A stretch of DNA of 64,000 bases from Tubiluchus corallicola (taxonomy: Eukaryota > Animalia > Priapulida). The stretch spans positions 71,436 through 135,435 of the forward strand of contig JAQGDQ010000585.1 of the NCBI GenBank assembly GCA_030141605.1, read 5' to 3'. The translations under genes were made by a program, and so were the position numbers. Numbering within the stretch: position 1 is the first letter of the stretch; each line of letters opens with the position of its first letter. Below the pieces are notes generated by a model that was not told where the DNA came from, did not search any database, and saw only the letters and a program-made list of their open reading frames with translations. This document shows positions 60,542 through 64,000 of this stretch, piece by piece.

Positions 60542-62837
60542 ATTTTCGAGGCTACAGCCCGGACGAGGGCACCATTTGCGGCGATCTATATATCAAACGA
60601 AAGGTCTCGATCTAGTGTCGTGCCATTGATGGTTTATTTTTCGAATTGGGCCCACCGGGAGGAACGGGGGGCAAAAAACCTCCAAAAATGGCCCTTTTTC
60701 GGCCGTTTTTTGCAAAAGTTATATGGCTGAGATGTAGAGAACAGGAACGGGCCGAGGGGGGTGCTGGGTTTGGATAGATAGCCCGTTCAGCGGTGGGTGT
60801 AGTATATAATATTAATACAAGTAACAATATTATTAATAATAATATTATTATTATTATAATTATTGTTATTGTTATTATTATTATTATTATTTTTATTTTT
60901 TTATATGTTAGAGATTAGCCCATGATCTGAAAACAACACTGACTGCCTATGACTTACATTCTCATGTAGTTCATCTCAAACAGTATGATCCTGATGAACA
61001 GCTGTTAGAAGAGGTACCTTTGCTATTTGTCTTTACTTTAACCTGCTGCATTTTTTCGATGTTCTCGTAGGCTTTTTTAATTTCAAGTATGTCTTGTTTT
61101 TTGTCTGATGTAAAATGATTTTTGTGGATTATGATCAGATCTAATGTTAGTAGCTGTTTGGTGTGACTCTGCAATATGGTGTCATCTGAAACTGTGTAGA
61201 TCGTAATTAAAGATTGAGATGAACGTGTGTGAACTTTCTAGAACAAAGTTGCTAGATTGAACCCGCAAGTAATTAAGTTTTGGTGCCAAACTTGAAGGGG
61301 CAGAATATGGAATTTTAAAGTATATTCCGAAGCACTTTCCATATTATTTAGCGTTACTCTCACCTGTTTTAAAGACTTACATAACTAGAAAAGAAAATTC
61401 ATAATTATTTAAAATATTCACGTCACCTTACGAAACGGCACTGCATCGCCATCCCAGTGTGCACCACTGGCTCACAAGAAACATGTTATTGATCTTATTG
61501 ACAATATGATGTAACTTAAACTTTTGTTTAGTTACCGAAGAGTTAACTACTAATACTCTGATTATTTTTCAACCATTGTGCAATGTTCTGTAAACATAAT
61601 TCAAATGACTGTCTTACAAAATGGCTGCGCCCGATGGTCATTGTGTGAGCTTAAGTTTACAAGTTTTATACAGTGTCACTATTAACACAAGCCCTGTATG
61701 CAATAAGACAGGATGTAAGTGATAACAAATTTTTTAGGTTTTATTGTTGAAAAAACGGAAAATGTCAAAAAGTAGGAATACAGCTGAGCCTGGATTTGAA
61801 CTGCGACAATGCAGATTCCTTAGACCACTCAGCCACTATAATCTCCTGGCGGTCAAGGTGTTTCAAAGTTCATCCAACTGGGTGTGAAAATGTAGAGTTC
61901 CTCTGAGTTTCTGGGAAGCTAATTTTTCACTGCATCATTTATAAGTATGTCAACAGTCATGTAGGCAACACTGAGCCTGGTTAATGAATGGATGAGTGCC
62001 GGCAAGGAAAACTGATTCTAAGCAATATTACTTGCCATGCTGCCTCAGGCTGCTTACCTTCTTGAAGGAAGATGTGCAGGTATTTGAAAGGTAATGATAA
62101 GTAAGACATCAGTACCAGTTCAGTATTTCAGAGTAATATCTTTGACAATGTACTAGGTTCCAGCCTCACCACGATTATCTATTTTATATGTGTTCTGTTG
62201 TTTTGAGTGCCACACTATCACTTAAGTGCCATGTTGTATGAAAGATAACAAATACAGTGCTCCCTCACTTATCGCGGGTGTTCCGCGCCCACCTGCGAAA
62301 AATGAATTTCCGCGAAGTAGGGACGCTATACTACATTTTGTTTTTGGTGTGTATTCATCTGCCGAATAAATACACTATTTACTGTAAATGGTAATTTTTT
62401 ATGATTTGTAATATTCTTTTAATGCTAGAATTAATATTTTTAATATATTTTTATACATTTTGTGATTTTTTATGCAAAATTCATCAAAGCTATACTTTAC
62501 TGTACAATACGTACTACGCATGTGCAAAAGTATGTGATAAACGAACCGCGAAGTAGCGAGGGAACACTGTAGGCCTATAATGATACGTAAATAAGGGGTA
62601 TCAAAAGTAACTACAAAAAAATAATTTAATCTTATTTTTCAGTGTGTTTCAAATACTGTGTGTATTTTCATCTTATCCACATACACGGATGCTGCTCCGC
62701 CTGATGACGCGAAATGGTTTTATAAGTGGATCAGGGAAGCTTCGTCGGATTTCCGTGTGAGCAAGAAATTACTATCCGGCTTGAGATACGCGGTGTTTGG
62801 CCTCGGAGATTCTGCTTACGGCAAAAACTACAACTTG
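57592..62837 (+). CDS. TYW1: tRNA 4-demethylwyosine synthase TYW1, 5' part (TM anchor + flavodoxin domain); remainder not found in window
   Basis: Phase-0 exons 57592-57711 (hydrophobic N-terminus), 59918-60013 (IKIFYSTQSGTAK), 60912-61013 (LKQYDPDEQLLEE), 62643-62837 (CIFILSTYTDAAPPDDAKWFYKWIREASSDFRVSKKLLSGLRYAVFGLGDSAYGKNYN); TYTD..P, YDPD and DFRV are characteristic of the TYW1 flavodoxin domain. Confidence 0.85.
58620..59410 (+). mobile_element. Highly decayed LINE ORF2 (endonuclease-RT linker) remnant
   Basis: Fragments ELADHFSKLYS, PILDDPI and GDLSLPPNYRGIQM with many stops. Confidence 0.55.
60527..60803 (+). mobile_element. Short Helitron-like non-autonomous element (tentative)
   Basis: GC-rich island inserted in (AT)n; tatatcaaacgaaaggtctcga motif; ends with a weak hairpin gcccgttcagcggtgggt and gtagt. 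Confidence 0.45.
62255..62569. mobile_element. Tc1/pogo (Tigger-like) MITE
   Basis: TA|cagtgctccctcacttatcgcgg ... ccgcgaagtagcgagggaacactg|TA; partly duplicated in inverted orientation at 63829-64000. Confidence 0.8.
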
Positions 62838-62887
62838 GTGTGTATGTAATAAAATTCTGAGTCTGAAATATTCAGATCTGTTGCATT

Positions 62888-63519
62888 CCACCATGCATCT
62901 AGGTGTTTGTTTGACAGTTCATTGTGACTGAGTTCCACCGTGCATCTAGGTGTTTGTTTGACAGTTCATTGTGAGTGAGTTCCACCGTGCATCTAGGTGT
63001 TTGTTTTGACAGTTCATTGTGACTGAGTTCCACCGTGCATCTAGGTGTTTGTTTGACAGTTCATTGTGAGTGAGTTCCACCGTGCATCTAGGTGTTTGTT
63101 TGACAGTTCATTGTGAGTGTGTTCCACCGTGCATCTAGGTGTTTGTTTGACAGTTCACAATGAACTGTCAAGCAAACACCTAGATGCGATTGGGCACCAC
63201 GGCAGGCTGTCAAACAAACGCAGATCATGGTGAGCCACTCACAGTGAACTATAAACAAACCTTTACAGGTGATCAAAACACTACCTAAAATTTTTGATTA
63301 TGGTCAAACAAATTTTCGTCACGGTAGACTTTCACTCCCGTGATTTGTCGAAAAACAAACACCTAGATGCACGGTGGAACTCAGTCACAATGAACTGTCA
63401 AAACAAACACCTAGATGCACGGTGGAACTCACTCACAATGAACTGTCAAACAAACACCTAGATGCACGGTGGAACTCAGTCACAATGAACTGTCAAACAA
63501 ACACCTAGATGCATGGTGG
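62888..63519. repeat. 47-bp minisatellite that switches orientation at the palindrome centre
   Basis: Unit ccaccgtgcatctaggtgtttgtttgacagttcattgtgagtgagtt at 62888, 62935, 62982, 63030, 63077, 63124; reverse units after 63160. Confidence 0.9.
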
Positions 63520-63569
63520 AATGCAACAGATCTGAATATTTCAGACTCAGAATTTTATTACATACACAC

Positions 63570-63764
63570 CAAGTTGTAGTTTTTGCCGTAAGCAGAATCT
63601 CCGAGGCCAAACACCGCGTATCTCAAGCCGGATAGTAATTTCTTGCTCACACGGAAATCCGACGAAGCTTCCCTGATCCACTTATAAAACCATTTCGCGT
63701 CATCAGGCGGAGCAGCATCCGTGTATGTGGATAAGATGAAAATACACACAGTATTTGAAACACA
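63570..63764 (-). pseudogene. TYW1: Inverted, identical copy of the TYW1 flavodoxin exon (orphan exon or part of a second TYW1 copy)
   Basis: Reverse complement of 62643-62837 including both splice sites. Confidence 0.6.
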
Positions 63765-64000
63765 CTGAAAAATAAGATTAAATTATTTTTGTAGTTATAC
63801 CCACTTATTTACGTATCATTATAATTTACAGTGTTCCCTCGCTACTTCGCGGTTCGTTTATCACATACTTTTGCACATGTGTAGTACGTCTTGTACAGTA
63901 AAGTATAGATTTGATGACTTTTGCATAAAAAAAATCACAAAATGTATAAAAATATATTAAAAATATTAATTCCAACATTAAAAGAATATTACAAATCATA

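Larger units (their letters stand above)
62400..64000. repeat. Large inverted duplication (palindrome): arms 62400-63054 and 63353-64000 (may extend past the window)
   Basis: Right arm is the reverse complement of the left; identical peptides in ORFs 62658-62849(+) and 63558-63749(-). Confidence 0.95.

Noticed and set aside
62888-63160. CRISPR-like array
   Set aside because: Units are contiguous with no unique spacers, there are no cas genes, and the context is eukaryotic; the same applies to the 22-, 27- and 39-bp arrays

Overview
AT-rich, intron-rich eukaryotic (invertebrate animal-like) genomic DNA; not prokaryotic, so most entries in the ORF track are spurious or partial exons. By reading splice sites and translating by hand I reconstruct seven protein-coding genes. 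Six form three divergent pairs: a secreted TP53I13/DUF3105-like gene (-) with MIS18BP1/KNL2 (+); two paralogous C-type lectins (-/+); and an intronless glucose-6-phosphatase (-) with the 5' part of TYW1 (+). The seventh is an LRR/Thr-rich-stalk membrane receptor (+). Introns and spacers are filled with MITEs (TTAA-flanked Kolobok-type, hAT, Tc1/pogo-type, a TGT..ACA element with a 5-bp TSD), tRNA- and 5S-derived SINEs, LINE and Gypsy remnants and minisatellites. Most notable: (1) an apparent internal duplication of the three-exon C-terminal module of MIS18BP1, plus a 5x21-aa RTRS coding repeat; (2) a palindrome of at least 1.6 kb that duplicates a TYW1 exon around a minisatellite that flips orientation; (3) a TSD-flanked 5S-rRNA-headed SINE. 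All family assignments come from motif recognition by eye, not database searches.
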